A stretch of 64,000 nucleotides of DNA, from NCBI GenBank assembly GCA_002189035.1, contig NEEC01000011.1, positions 3,360,837 to 3,424,836 on the forward strand, written 5' to 3'. This DNA comes from Utricularia gibba. Taxonomy: Eukaryota > Plantae > Magnoliophyta. Below the pieces are notes generated by a model. The model saw only the letters and a list, made by a program, of their open reading frames with translations. It searched no databases and was not told where the DNA came from. Both the position numbers and the translations under genes were made by a program. Position 1 is the first letter of the stretch; every line of letters starts with the position of its first letter. Of this stretch, positions 13,296-26,600 are shown in pieces.

Positions 13296-13976
13296 ATTAG
13301 CCTTCAATTGTGCCACAAAGTGGCCACGACGTTCGCGATGATGCGACCTCGGACTTCCGATTCGACGCGAATGGATTTCTCGCTTTCAAAACATATGCAT
13401 TTCATTGGAAGGTGTGAAATTTTTGTTTTTGAGGCGATCCCTTACAATGCACGGTTGTGTTCCAACCCACACCTGATGCAGGCCTCGTGCACCATTCCGT
13501 ATTTTTCGATATCTTGAAACCGTGATGAGCCACGTTGCGCACGACACACCGTTTCGAAGCTCATTCCAGGGCGGTCATCTTCCGTTTTGAAGCTTCGTCG
13601 TCCGACGATGTATCAGAGCTCGAATTATTGCCTTATATTAGCCTTCAATTGTGCCACAAAGTGGCCACGACGTTCGCGATGATGCGACTCGGACTTCCGA
13701 TTCGACGCGAATGGGATTTCTCGCTTCAAACATATGGATTTCATTGGAAGGTGTGAAATTTTTGTTTTAGAGGCGATCCCTTACAATGCCACGGTTGTGT
13801 TCCAACCCACACCTGATGCAGGCCTCGTGCACCATTCCGTATTTTATCGATATCTTGAAAACCGTGATGAGCCACGTTGCCACGACACACCGTTTCGAAG
13901 CTCATTCAGGGCGGTCATCTTCCGTTTTGAAGCTTCGTCGTCCGACGATGTATCAGAGCTCGAATTATTGCCTTAT

Positions 13977-14960
13977 ATTAGCCTTCAATTGTGCCACAAA
14001 GTGGCCACGACGTTCGCGATGATGCGACCTCGGACTTCCGATTCGACGCGAATGGGATTTCTCGCTTTCAAAACATATGGATTTCATTGGAAGGTGTGAA
14101 ATTTTTTGAGGCGATCCCTTACAATGCCACGGTTGTGTTCCCCCACACCTGATGAAGGCCTCGTGCACCATTCCGTATTTTCTCGATATCTTGAAACCGT
14201 GATGAGCCACGTTGCGCACGACACACCGTTTCGAAGCTCATTCCAGGGCGGTCATCTTCCGTTTTTGAAGCTTCGTCGTCCGACAATATATCAGAGCTCG
14301 AATTATTGCCTTATATTAGCCTTCAATTGTGCCACAAAGTGGCCACGACGTTCGCGATGATGCGACCTCGGACTTCCGATTCGACGCAAATGGATTTCTC
14401 GCTTTCAAAACATATGCATTTCATTGGAAGGTGTGAAATGAGGCGATCCCTTACAATGCACGGTTGTGTTCCAACCCACACCTGATGAAGGCCTCGTGCA
14501 CCATTCCGTATTTTGTCGATATCTTAAAACCGTGATGAGCCACGTTGCGCGACACACCGTTTCGAAGCTCATTCCAGTCATCTTCCGTTTTTGAAGCTTC
14601 GTCGTCCGACGATGTATCAGAGCTCGAATTATTGCCTTATTAGCCTTCAATTGTGCCACAAAGTGGCCACGACGTTCGCGATGATGCGACTCGGGGCTTC
14701 CAATTCGACGCAAATGTGATTTCTCGCTTGCAAAACATATGCATTTCATTGGAAGGGTGAAATTTTTGTTTTTGAGGCGATCCCTTACAATGCCACGGTT
14801 GTGTTCCAACCCACACCTGATGCAGGCCTCGTGCACCATTCCGTATTTTGATATCTTGAAACCGTGATGAGCCACGTTGCGCACGACACACGTTTCGAAG
14901 CTCATTCAGATCTTCCGTTTTGAAGCTTCGTCGACAATATATCAGAGCTCGAATTATTGC
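13977..14960 (+). repeat. Z-V-Y trimer, dispersed copy with read-type deletions
   Basis: Z at 13977, V-like at 14315 (atcttaaaacc at ~14521) and Y at ~14640. Confidence 0.55.
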
Positions 14961-15614
14961 CTTATATTACCCTTCAATTGTGCCACCACGACGTTCGCGA
15001 TGATGCGACCTCGGACTTCCGATTCGACGCGAATTCTCGCTTTCAAAAACATATGCATTTCATTGGAAGGTGTGAAATTTTTGTTTTTGAGGCGATCCCT
15101 ACAATGCCACGGTTGTGTTCCAACCCACACCTGATGCAGGCCTCGTGCACCATTCCGTATTTTATCGATATCTTGAAACCGTGATGAGCCATTTCGAAGC
15201 TCATTCCAGGCGGTCATCTTCCGTTTTGAAGCTTCGTCGTCCGACAATGTATCAGAGCTCGAATTATTGCCTTATATTAGCCTTCAATTGTGCCACAAAG
15301 TGGCCACGACGTTCGCGATGATGCGACTCGGACTTCCGATTCGACGCGAATTTTCTCGCTTTCAAAACATATGGATTTCATTGGAAGGTGTGAAATTTTT
15401 GTTTTGAGGCGATCCCTTACAATGCCACGGTTGTGTTCCAACCCACACCTGATGAAGGCCTCGTGCACCATTCCGTATTTTCTCGATATCTTGAAACCGT
15501 GATGAGCCACGTTGCGCACGACACACCGTTTCGAAGCTCATTCCAGGGCGGTCATCTTCCGTTTTTGAAGCTTCGTCGTCCGACAATATATCAGAGCTCG
15601 AATTATTGCCTTAT

Positions 15615-17327
15615 ATTACCCTTCAATTGTGCCACAAAGTGGCCACGACGTTCGATGATGCGACCTCGGACTTCCGATTCGACGCGAATGGGATTTCTCG
15701 CTTTCAAAACATATGGATTTCATTGGAAGGTGTGAAATTTTCGTTTTTGAGGCGATCCCTTACAATGCCACGGTTGTGTTCCAACCCACACCTGATGAAG
15801 GCCTCGTGCACCATTCCGTATTTTGTCGATATCTTGAAAACCGTGATGAGCCACGTTGCGCACGACACACCGTTTCGAAGCTCATTCCAGGGCGGTCATC
15901 TTCCGTTTTTGAAGCTTCGTCGTCCGACAATATATCAGAGCTCGAATTATTGCCTTATATTAGCCTTCAATTGTGCCACAAAGTGGCCACGACGTTCGCG
16001 ATGATGCGACTCGGGGCTTCCAATTCGACGCAAATGTGATTTCTCGCTTGCAAAACATATGCATTTCATTGGAAGGTGTGAAATTTTTGTTTTTGAGGCG
16101 ATCCCTTACAATGCCACGGTTGTGTTCCAACCCACACCTGATGCAGGCCTCGTGCACCATTCCGTATTTTATCGATATCTTGAAACCGTGATGAGCCACG
16201 TTGCACGACACACCGTTTCGAAGCTCATTCAGGGCGGTCATCTTCCGTTTTGAAGCTTCGTCGTCCGACAATATATCAGAGCTCGAATTATTGCCTTATA
16301 TTACCCTTCAATTGTGCCACAAAGTGGCCACGACGTTCGCGATGATGCGACCTCGGACTTCCGATTCGACGCGAATGGGATTTCTCGCTTTCAAAACATA
16401 TGCATTTCATTGGAAGGTGTGAAATTTTTCGTTTTTGAGGCGATCCCTTACAATGCCACGGTTGTGTTCCAACCCACACCTGATGAAGGCCTCGTGCACC
16501 ATTCCGTATTTTCGATATCTTGAAACCGTGATGAGCCACGTTGCGCACGACACACCGTTTCGAAGCTCATTCCAGGGCGGTCATCTTCCGTTTTGAAGCT
16601 TCGTCGTCCGACAATATATCAGAGCTCGAATTATTGCCTTATATTACCCTTCAATTGTGCCACAAAGTGGCCACGACGTTCGCGATGATGCGACCTCGGA
16701 CTTCCGATTCGACGCGAATGGGATTTCTCGCTTTCAAAACATATGCATTTCATTGGAAGGTGTGAAATTTTTGTTTTGAGGCGATCCCTTACAATGCCAC
16801 GGTTGTGTTCCAACCCACACCTGATGAAGGCCTCGTGCACCATTCCGTATTTTTCGATATCTTGAAACCGTGATGAGCCACGTTGCGCACGACACACCGT
16901 TTCGAAGCTCATTCCAGGGCGGTCATCTTCCGTTTTTGAAGCTTCGTCGTCCGACAATATATCAGAGCTCGAATTATTGCCTTATATTACCCTTCAATTG
17001 TGCCACAAAGTGGCCACGACGTTCGCGATGATGCGACTCGGGCTTCCAATTCGACGCAAATGGATTTCTCGCTTGCAAAACATATGCATTTCATTGGAAG
17101 GTGTGAAATTTTCGTTTTTGAGGCGATCCCTTACAATGCCACGGTTGTGTTCCAACCCACACCTGATGCAGGCCTCGTGCACCATTCCGTATTTTTCGAT
17201 ATCTTGAAACCGTGATGAGCCACGTTCGCACGACACACCGTTTCGAAGCTCATTCCAGGGCGGTCATCTTCCGTTTTTGAAGCTTCGTCGTTCCGACAAT
17301 ATATCAGAGCTCGAATTATTGCCTTAT
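15615..17327 (+). repeat. Run enriched in Z-type monomers
   Basis: Monomers at 15615, 16300 and 16643 carry gggatttctcgctttc, tgatgaagg, cacgttgcgcac, ccagggcgg, gacaatatat and attaccc. Y-front monomers sit at 15959 and 16986. Confidence 0.7.
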
Positions 17328-17626
17328 ATTACCCTTCAATTGTGCCACAAAGTGGCCACGACGTTCTCGCATTCAAGACATATGGATTTCATTGGAAGGT
17401 ATGAAATTTTTGTTTTAGAGGCGAACCCTTACAATGCCACGGTGTGTTCCAACCCACACCTGATGCAGGCCTCGTGCACCATTCCGTATTTTGTAAATAT
17501 CTTGAAAACCGTGATGAGCCTTGTTGCACACGACACACCGTTTCGAAGCTCATTCCAGAGCGGTCATCTTCCGTTTTTGAAGCTTCGTCGTCCGACGATG
17601 TATCAGAGATCGAATTATTGCCTTAT
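17328..17626 (+). repeat. Truncated monomer with a clean 46-bp internal deletion
   Basis: gacgttc joins directly to tcgcattcaag after position 17366. The missing segment is gcgatgatgcgacctcggacttccgattcgacgcgaatgggttttc, and the flanks are otherwise clean. Confidence 0.7.
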
Positions 17627-20600
17627 ATTAGCCTTCAATTGTGCCACAAAGTGGCCACGACGTTACGCGATGATGCGACTCGGGCTTCCAATTCGACGCA
17701 AATGTGATTTCTCGCTTGCAAAACATATGCATTTCATTGGAAGGTGTGAAATTTTTGTTTTTGAGGCGATCCCTTACAATGCCACGGTTGTGTTCCAACC
17801 CACACCTGATGCAGGCCTCGTGCACCATTCCGTATTTTATCGATATCTTGAAAACCGTGATGAGCCACGTTGCACACGACACACCGTTTCGAAGCTCATT
17901 CCGAGGCGGTCATCTTCCGTTTTGAAGCTTCGTCGTCCGACAATATATCAGAGCTCGAATTATTGCCTTATATTAGCCTTCAATTGTGCCACAAAGTGGC
18001 CACGACGTTCGCGATGATGCGACCTCGGACTTCCGATTCGACGCGAATGGGTTTTCTCGCATTCAAACATATGGATTTCATTGGAAGGTATGAAATTTTT
18101 GTTTTGAGGCGAACCCTTACAATGCCACGGTTGTGTTCCAACCCACACCTGATGCAGGCCTCGTGCACCATTCCGTATTTTGTCGATATCTTGAAAACCG
18201 TGATGAGCCACGTTTCACACGACACACCGTTTCGAAGCTCATTCCGAGGCGGTCATCTTCCGTTTGCAAGCTTTGTCGTTCGACAATATATCAGAGCTCG
18301 AATTATTGCCTTATATTAGCCTTCAATTGTGCCACAAAGTGGCCACGACGTTCGCGATGATGCGACCTCGGACTTCCGATTCGACGCGAATGGTTTCTCG
18401 CTTTCAAGACATATGGATTTCATTGGAAGGTATGAAATTTTTTTTTAGAGGCGAACCCTTACAATGCCACGGTGTGTTCCAACCCACACCTGATGCAGGC
18501 CTCGTGCACCATTCCGTATTTTGTAAATATTCTTGAAAACCGTGATGAGCCTTGTTGCACACGACACACCGTTTCGAAGCTCATTCCAGAGCGGTCATCT
18601 TCCGTTTTTGAAGCTTCGTCGTCCGACGATGTATCAGAGCTCGAATTATTGCCTTATATTAGCCTTCAATTGTGCCACAAAGTGGCCACGACGACGCGAT
18701 GATGCGACTCGGGCTTCCAATTCGACGCAAATGGATTTCTCGCTTGCAAAATATGCATTTCATTGGAAGGTGTGAAATTTTTGTTTTTGAGGCGATCCCT
18801 TACAATGCACGGTTGTGTTCCAACCCACACCTGATGCAGGCCTCGTGCACCATTCCGTATTTTTCGATATCTTGAAACCGTGATGAGCCACGTTGCACGA
18901 CACACCGTTTCGAAGCTCATTCCAGGGCGGTCATCTTCCGTTTTGGAAGCTTCGTCGTCCGACGATGTATCAGAGCTCGAATTATTGCCTTATTTAGCCT
19001 TCAATTGTGCCACAAAGTGGCCACGACGTTCGCGATGATGCGACCTCGGTTCCGATTCGACGCGAATGGGATTTCTCGCTTTCAAAACATATGCATTTCA
19101 TTGGAAGGTGTGAAATTTTTGTTTTTGAGGCGATCCCTTACAATGCCACGGTTGTGTTCCAACCCACACCTGATGAAGGCCTCGTGCACCATTCCGTATT
19201 TTGATATCTTGAAACCGTGATGAGCCACGTTGCGCACGACACACCGTTTCGAAGCTCATTCCAGGGCGTCATCTTCCGTTTTGAAGCTTCGTCGTCCGAC
19301 AATATATCAGAGCTCGAATTATTGCCTTATATTACCTTCAATTGTGCCACAAAGTGGCCACGACGTTCGCGATGATGCGACCTCGGACTTCCGATTCGAC
19401 GCGAATGGATTTTTCGCTTTCAAAACATATGGATTTCATTGGAAGGTGTGAAATTTTTGTTTTAGAGGCGATCCCTTACAATGCCACGGTTGTGTTCCAA
19501 CCCACACCTGATGCAGGCCTCGTGCACCATTCCGTATTTTGTAAATATTGAAAACCGTGATGAGCCTTGTTGCACACGACACACCGTTTCGAAGCTCATT
19601 CCAGAGGCGGTCATCTTCCGTTTTTGAAGCTTCGTCGTCCGACGATGTATCAGAGCTCGAATTATTGCCTTATATTAGCCTTCAATTGTGCCACAAAGTG
19701 GCCACGACGTTCGCGATGATGCGACTCGGGTTCCAATTCGACGCAAATGTGATTTCTCGCTTGCAAAACATATGCATTTCATTGGAAGGTGTGAAATTTT
19801 GTTTTTGAGGCGATCCCTTACAATGCCACGGTTGTGTTCCAACCCACCTGATGCAGGCCTCGTGCACCATTCCGTATTTTCGATATCTTGAAAACCGTGA
19901 TGAGCCACGTTCACACGACACACCGTTTCGAAGCTCATTCCGAGGCGGTCATCTTCCGTTTTAAGCTTTCGTTCACATATATCAGAGCTCGAATTATTGC
20001 CTTATATTAGCCTTCAATTGTGCCACAAAGTGGCCACGACGTTCGATGATGCGACCTCGGACTTCCGATTCGACGCGAATGGGTTTTCTCGCATTCAAAC
20101 ATATGGATTTCATTGGAAGGTATGAAATTTTTGTTTTAGAGGCGAACCCTTACAATGCCACGGTTGTGTTCCAACCCACACCTGATGCAGGCCTCGTGCA
20201 CCATTCCGTATTTTGTAAATATCTTGAAAACCGTGATGAGCCTTGTTGCACACGACACACCGTTTCGAAGCTCATTCCAGAGCGGTCATCTTCCGTTTTT
20301 GAAGCTTCGTCGTCCGACGATGTATCAGAGCTCGAATTGCCTTATATTAGCCTTCAATTGTGCCACAAAGTGGCCACGACGTTCGCGATGATGCGACTCG
20401 GGGCTTCCATTCGACGCAAATGTGATTTCTCGCTTGCAAAATATGCATTTCATTGGAAGGTGTGAAATTTTTGTTTTTGAGGCGATCCCTTACAATGCAC
20501 GGTTGTGTTCCAACCCACACCTGATGCAGGCCGTGCACCATTCCGTATTTTATCGATATCTTGAAACCGTGATGAGCCACGTTGCACGACACACCGTTTC

Positions 20601-23600
20601 GAAGCTCATTCCAGGCGGTCATCTTCCGTTTTGGAAGCTTCGTCCGACAATATATCAGAGCTCGAATTATTGCCTTATATTACCCTTCAATTGTGCCAAA
20701 AAGTGGCCACGACGTTCGCGATGATGCGACCTCGGACTTCCGATTCGACGCGAATGGGATTTCTCGCTTCAAAATATGGATTTCATTGGAAGGTGTGAAA
20801 TTTTTGTTTTTGAGGCGATCCCTTACAATGCCACGGTTGTGTTCCAACCCACACCTGATGAAGGCCTCGTGCACCATTCCGTATTTTGTCGATATCTTGA
20901 AAACCGTGATGAGCCACGTTGCGCACGACACACCGTTTCGAAGCTCATTCCAGGGCGGTCATCTTCCGTTTTTGAAGCTTCGTCGTCCGACAATATATCA
21001 GAGCTCGAATTATTGCCTTATTTACCCTTCAATTGTGCCACAAGTGGCCACGACGTTCGCGATGATGCGACTCGGGGCTTCCAATTCGACGCAAATGTGA
21101 TTTCTCGCTTGCAAAACATATGCATTTCATTGGAAGGTGTGAAATTTTTGTTTTAGAGGCGATCCCTTACAATGCCACGGTTGTGTTCCAACCCACACCT
21201 GATGAGGCCTCGTGCACCATTCCGTATTTTATCGATATCTTGAAAACCGTGATGAGCCACGTTGCACACGACACACCGTTTCGAAGCTCATTCCGAGGCG
21301 GTCATCTTCCGTTTTAAGCTTCGTTCGACAATATATCAGAGCTCGAATTATTGCCTTATATTAGCCTTCAATTGTGCCACAAAGTGGCCACGACGTTCGC
21401 GATGATGCGACTCGGACTTCGATTCGACGCGAATGGGTTTTCTCGCATTCAAACATATGGATTTCATTGGAAGGTGAAATTTTTGTTTTAGAGGCGATCC
21501 TTACAATGCCACGGTGTGTTCCAACCCACACCTGATGCAGGCCTCGTGCACCATTCCGTATTTTGTAAATATCTTGAAAACCGTGATGAGCCTTGTTGCA
21601 CACGACACACCGTTTCGAAGCTCATTCCAGAGCGGTCATCTTCCGTTTTTGAAGCTTCGTCGTCCGACGATGTATCAGAGATCGAATTATTGCCTTATAT
21701 TAGCCTTCAATTGTGCCACAAAGTGGCCACGACGTTCGCGATGATGCGACTCGGGGCTTCCATTCGACGCAATGTGATTTCTCGCTTGCAAAACATATGC
21801 ATTTCATTGGAAGGTGTGAAATTTTTGTTTTTGAGGCGATCCCTTACAATGCCACGGTTGTGTTCCAACCCACACCTGATGCAGGCCTCGTGCACCATTC
21901 CGTATTTTATCGATATCTTGAAAACCGTGATGAGCCACGTTGCACACGACACACCGTTTCGAAGCTCATTCCAGGCGGTCATCTTCCGTTTCAAGCTTTG
22001 TCGTTCGACAATATATCAGAGCTCGAATTATTGCCTTATATTAGCCTTCAATTGTGCCACAAAGTGGCCACGACGTTCGCGATGATGCGACCTCGGACTT
22101 CCGATTCGACGCGAATGGGTTTTCTCGCATTCAAGACATATGGATTTCATTGGAAGGTATGAAATTTTTGTTTAAGAGGCGAACCCTTACAATGCCACGG
22201 TTGTGTTCCAACCCACACCTGATGCAGGCCTCGTGCACCATTCCGTATTTTGTAAATATCTTGAAAACCGTGATGAGCCTTGTTGCACACGACACACCCG
22301 TTTCGAAGCTCATTCCAGAGCGGTCATCTTCCGTTTTTGAAGCTTCGTCGTCCGACGATGTATCAGAGATCGAATTATTGCCTTATATTAGCCTTCAATT
22401 GTGCCAAAGTGGCCACGACGTACGCGATGATGCGACTCGGGGCTTCCAATTCGACGCAAATGTGATTTCTCGCTTGCAAAAATGCATTTCATTGGAAGGT
22501 GTGAAATTTTTGTTTTTGAGGCGATCCCTTACAATGCACGGTTGTGTTCCAACCCACACCTGATGGGCCTCGTGCACCATTCCGTATTTTATCGATATCT
22601 TGAAACCGTGATGAGCCACGTAACGACACAAAAGCTCATTCCGGTCATCTTCCGTTTTGGAAGCTTGTCCGACAATTATCAGAGCTGAATTATTGCCTTA
22701 TATTACCTTCAATTGTGCCACAAAGTGGCCACGACGTTCGCGATGATGCGACATTCGACGAATGGATTTCTCGCTTTCAAACATATGCATTTCATTGGAA
22801 GGTGTGAAATTTTTGTTTTTGAGGCGATCCTTACAATGCCACGGTTGTGTTCCAACCCACACCTGATGAGGCCTCGTGCACCATTCCGTATTTTTCGATA
22901 TCTTGAAACCGTGATGAGCCACGTTGCGCACGACACACCGTTTCGAAGCTCATTCCAGGCGGTCATCTTCCGTTTTTGAAGCTTCGTCGTCCGACGATAT
23001 ATCAGAGCTCGAATTATTGCCTTATATTACCTTCAATTGTGCCACAAAGTGGCCACGACGTTCGCGATGATGCGACTCGGACTTCCGATTCGACGCGAAT
23101 GGATTTCTCGCTTTCAAACATATGCATTTCATTGGAAGGTGTGAAATTTTTGTTTTTGAGGCGATCCCTTACAATGCCGGTGTGTTCCAACCCACACCTG
23201 ATGCAGGCCTCGTGCACCATTCCGTATTTTAAATATCTTGAAAACCGTGATGAGCCACGTTGCACACGACACACCGTTTCGAAGCTCATTCCAGGCGGTC
23301 ATCTTCCGTTTTGAAGCTTCGTCGTCCGACAATGTATCAGAGCTCGAATTATTGCCTTATATTAGCCTTCAATTGTGCCAAAAGTGGCCACGACGTTCGC
23401 GATGATGCGACTCGGCTTCCATTCGACGCGAATGGATTTCTCGCTTCAAGATATGCATTTCATTGGAAGGTGTGAAATTTTTTTTGAGGCGATCCCTTAC
23501 AATGCCACGGTGTGTTCCAACCCACACCTGATGCAGGCCTCGTGCACCATTCCGTATTTTCGATATCTTGAAAACCGTGATGAGCCACGTTGCACACGAC

Positions 23601-26600
23601 ACACCGTTTCGAAGCTCATTCCGAGGCGTCATCTTCCGTTTTGAAGCTTCGTCGTCGACAATATATCAGAGCTCGAATTATTGCCTTATATTAGCCTTCA
23701 ATTGTGCCACAAAGTGGCCACGACGTTCGCGATGATGCGACTCGGACTTCCGATTCGACGCGAATGGGTTTTCTCGCTTCAGACATATGGATTTCATTGG
23801 AAGGTGTGAAATTTTTGTTTTAGAGGCGATCCCTTACAATGCCACGGTGTTTCCAACCCACACCTGATGCAGGCCTCGTGCACCATTCCGTATTTTAATA
23901 TCTTGAAAACCGTGATGAGCCTTGTTGCACGACACACCGTTTCGAAGCTCATTCCAGGCGGTCATCTTCCGTTTTTGAAGCTTCGTCGTCGACAATATCA
24001 GAGCTCGAATTATTGCCTTATATTAGCCTTCAATTGTGCCACAAAGTGGCCACGACGTTCGCGATGATGCGACTCGGGCTTCCAATTCGACGCAAATGTG
24101 ATTTCTCGCTTGCAAAACATATGCATTTCATTGGAAGGTGTGAAATTTTGTTTTAGAGGCGATCCCTTACAATGCCACGGTGTGTTCCAACCCACACCTG
24201 ATGCAGGCCTCGTGCACCATTCCGTATTTTGTAAATATCTTGAAAACCGTGATGAGCCACGTTGCACGACACACCGTTTCGAAGCTCATTCCAGGGCGGT
24301 CATCTTCCGTTTTTGAAGCTTCGTCGTCCGACAATATATCAGAGCTCGAATTATTGCCTTATATTAGCCTTCAATTGTGCCACAAAGTGGCCACGACGTT
24401 CGCGATGATGCGACCTCGGACTTCCGATTCGACGCGAATGGATTTTCGCTTCAAAACATATGGATTTCATTGGAAGGTGTGAAATTTTTGTTTTTGAGGC
24501 GATCCCTTACAATGCACGGTTGTGTTCCAACCCACACCTGATGCAGGCCTCGTGCACCATTCCGTATTTTGTCGATATCTTGAAAACCGTGATGAGCCAC
24601 GTTGCACACGACACACCGTTCGAAGCTCATTCAGGCGGTCATCTTCCGTTTTGAAGCTTTGTCGTCGACATGTATCAGAGCTCGAATTATTGCCTTATAT
24701 TAGCCTTCAATTGTGCCACAAAGTGGCCACGACGTTCGCGATGATGCGACTCGGACTTCCGATTCGACGCGAATGGGTTTTCTCGCTTCAACATATGGAT
24801 TTCATTGGAAGGTGTGAAATTTTTGTTTTAGAGGCGATCCCTTACAATGCCACGGTTTCCAACCCACACCTGATGCAGGCCTCGTGCACCATTCCGTATT
24901 TTGTAAATATCTTGAAAACCGTGATGAGCCGTTGTCACGTTTCGAAGCTCATTCCAGAGCGGTCATCTTCCGTTTTGAAGCTTCGTCGTCCGACATGTAT
25001 CAGAGCTCGAATTATTGCCTTATATTAGCCTTCAATTGTGCCACAAAGTGGCCACGACGTTCGCGATGATGCGACTCGGGGCTTCCGATTCGACGCGAAT
25101 GGATTTCTCGCTTCAAACATATGCATTTCATTGGAAGGTGTGAAATTTTGTTTTTAGAGGCGATCCCTTACAATGCCACGGTGTGTTCCAACCCACACCT
25201 GATGCAGGCCTCGTGCACCATTCCGTATTTTGTAAATATCTTGAAACCGTGATGAGCCTTGTTGCCACACACACCGTTTCGAAGCTCATTCCAGGGCGGT
25301 CATCTTCCGTTTTTGAAGCTTCGTCGTCCGACAATATATCAGAGCTCGAATTATTGCCTTATATTAGCCTTCAATTGTGCCACAAAGTGGCCACGACGTT
25401 CGCGATGATGCGACTCGGGGCTTCCAATTCGACGCAAATGTGATTTCTCGCTTGCAAAACATGCATTTCATTGGAAGGTGTGAAATTTTGTTTTGAGGCG
25501 ATCCCTTACAATGCCACGGTTGTGTTCCAACCCACACCTGATGCAGGCCTCGTGCACCATTCCGTATTTTATCGATATCTTGAAAACCGTGATGAGCCAC
25601 GTTGCACACGACACACCGTTTCGAAGCTCATTCCAGGCGGTCATCTTCCGTTTTGAAGCTTCGTCGTCCGACGATGTATCAGAGCTCGAATTATTGCCTT
25701 ATATTACCTTCAATTGTGCCACAAAGTGGCCACGACGTTCGCGATGATGCGACCTCGGACTTCCGATTCGACGCGAATGGGTTTTCGCATTCAAGAATAT
25801 GGATTTCATTGGAAGGTATGAAATTTTTTTTGAGGCGAACCCTTACAATGCCACGGTTGTGTTCCAACCCACACCTGATGCAGGCCTCGTGCACCATTCC
25901 GTATTTTAATATCTTGAAACCGTGATGAGCCTTGTTGCACACGACACACCGTTTCGAAGCTCATTCCAGAGCGGTCATCTTCCGTTTTGAAGCTTCGTCG
26001 TCCGACGATGTATCAGAGCTCGAATTATTGCCTTATATTAGCCTTCAATTGTGCCACAAAGTGGCCACGACGTTCGCGATGATGCGACTCGGGGCTTCCA
26101 ATTCGACGCAAATGTGATTTCTCGCTTGCAAATATGCATTTCATTGGAAGGTGTGAAATTTTTGTTTTTGAGGCGATCCCTTACAATGCACGGTTGTGTT
26201 CCAACCCACACCTGATGCAGGCCTCGTGCACCATTCCGTATTTTGTCGATATCTTGAAACCGTGATGAGCCGTTGTTGAAGCTCATTCAGGCGGTCATCT
26301 TCCGTTTTGGAAGCTTCGTCGTCCGACGATGTATCAGAGCTCGAATTATTGCCTTATATTAGCCTTCAATTGTGCCACAAAGTGGCCACGACGTTCGCGA
26401 TGATGCGACCTCGGACTTCCGATTCGACGCGAATGGGTTTTCTCGCTTCAAACATATGGATTTCATTGGAAGGTATGAAATTTTTTTTAGAGGCGATCCC
26501 TTACAATGCCACGGTGTGTTCCAACCCACACCTGATGCAGGCCTCGTGCACCATTCCGTATTTTGTAAATATCTTGAAAACCGTGATGAGCCGTTGCACA

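Noticed and set aside
15181-15200. Small internal deletions such as gagcc|atttcgaagc (also ~14440, ~26270)
   Set aside because: They are single occurrences in locally noisy sequence with no recurrence elsewhere, so they cannot be told apart from read error.
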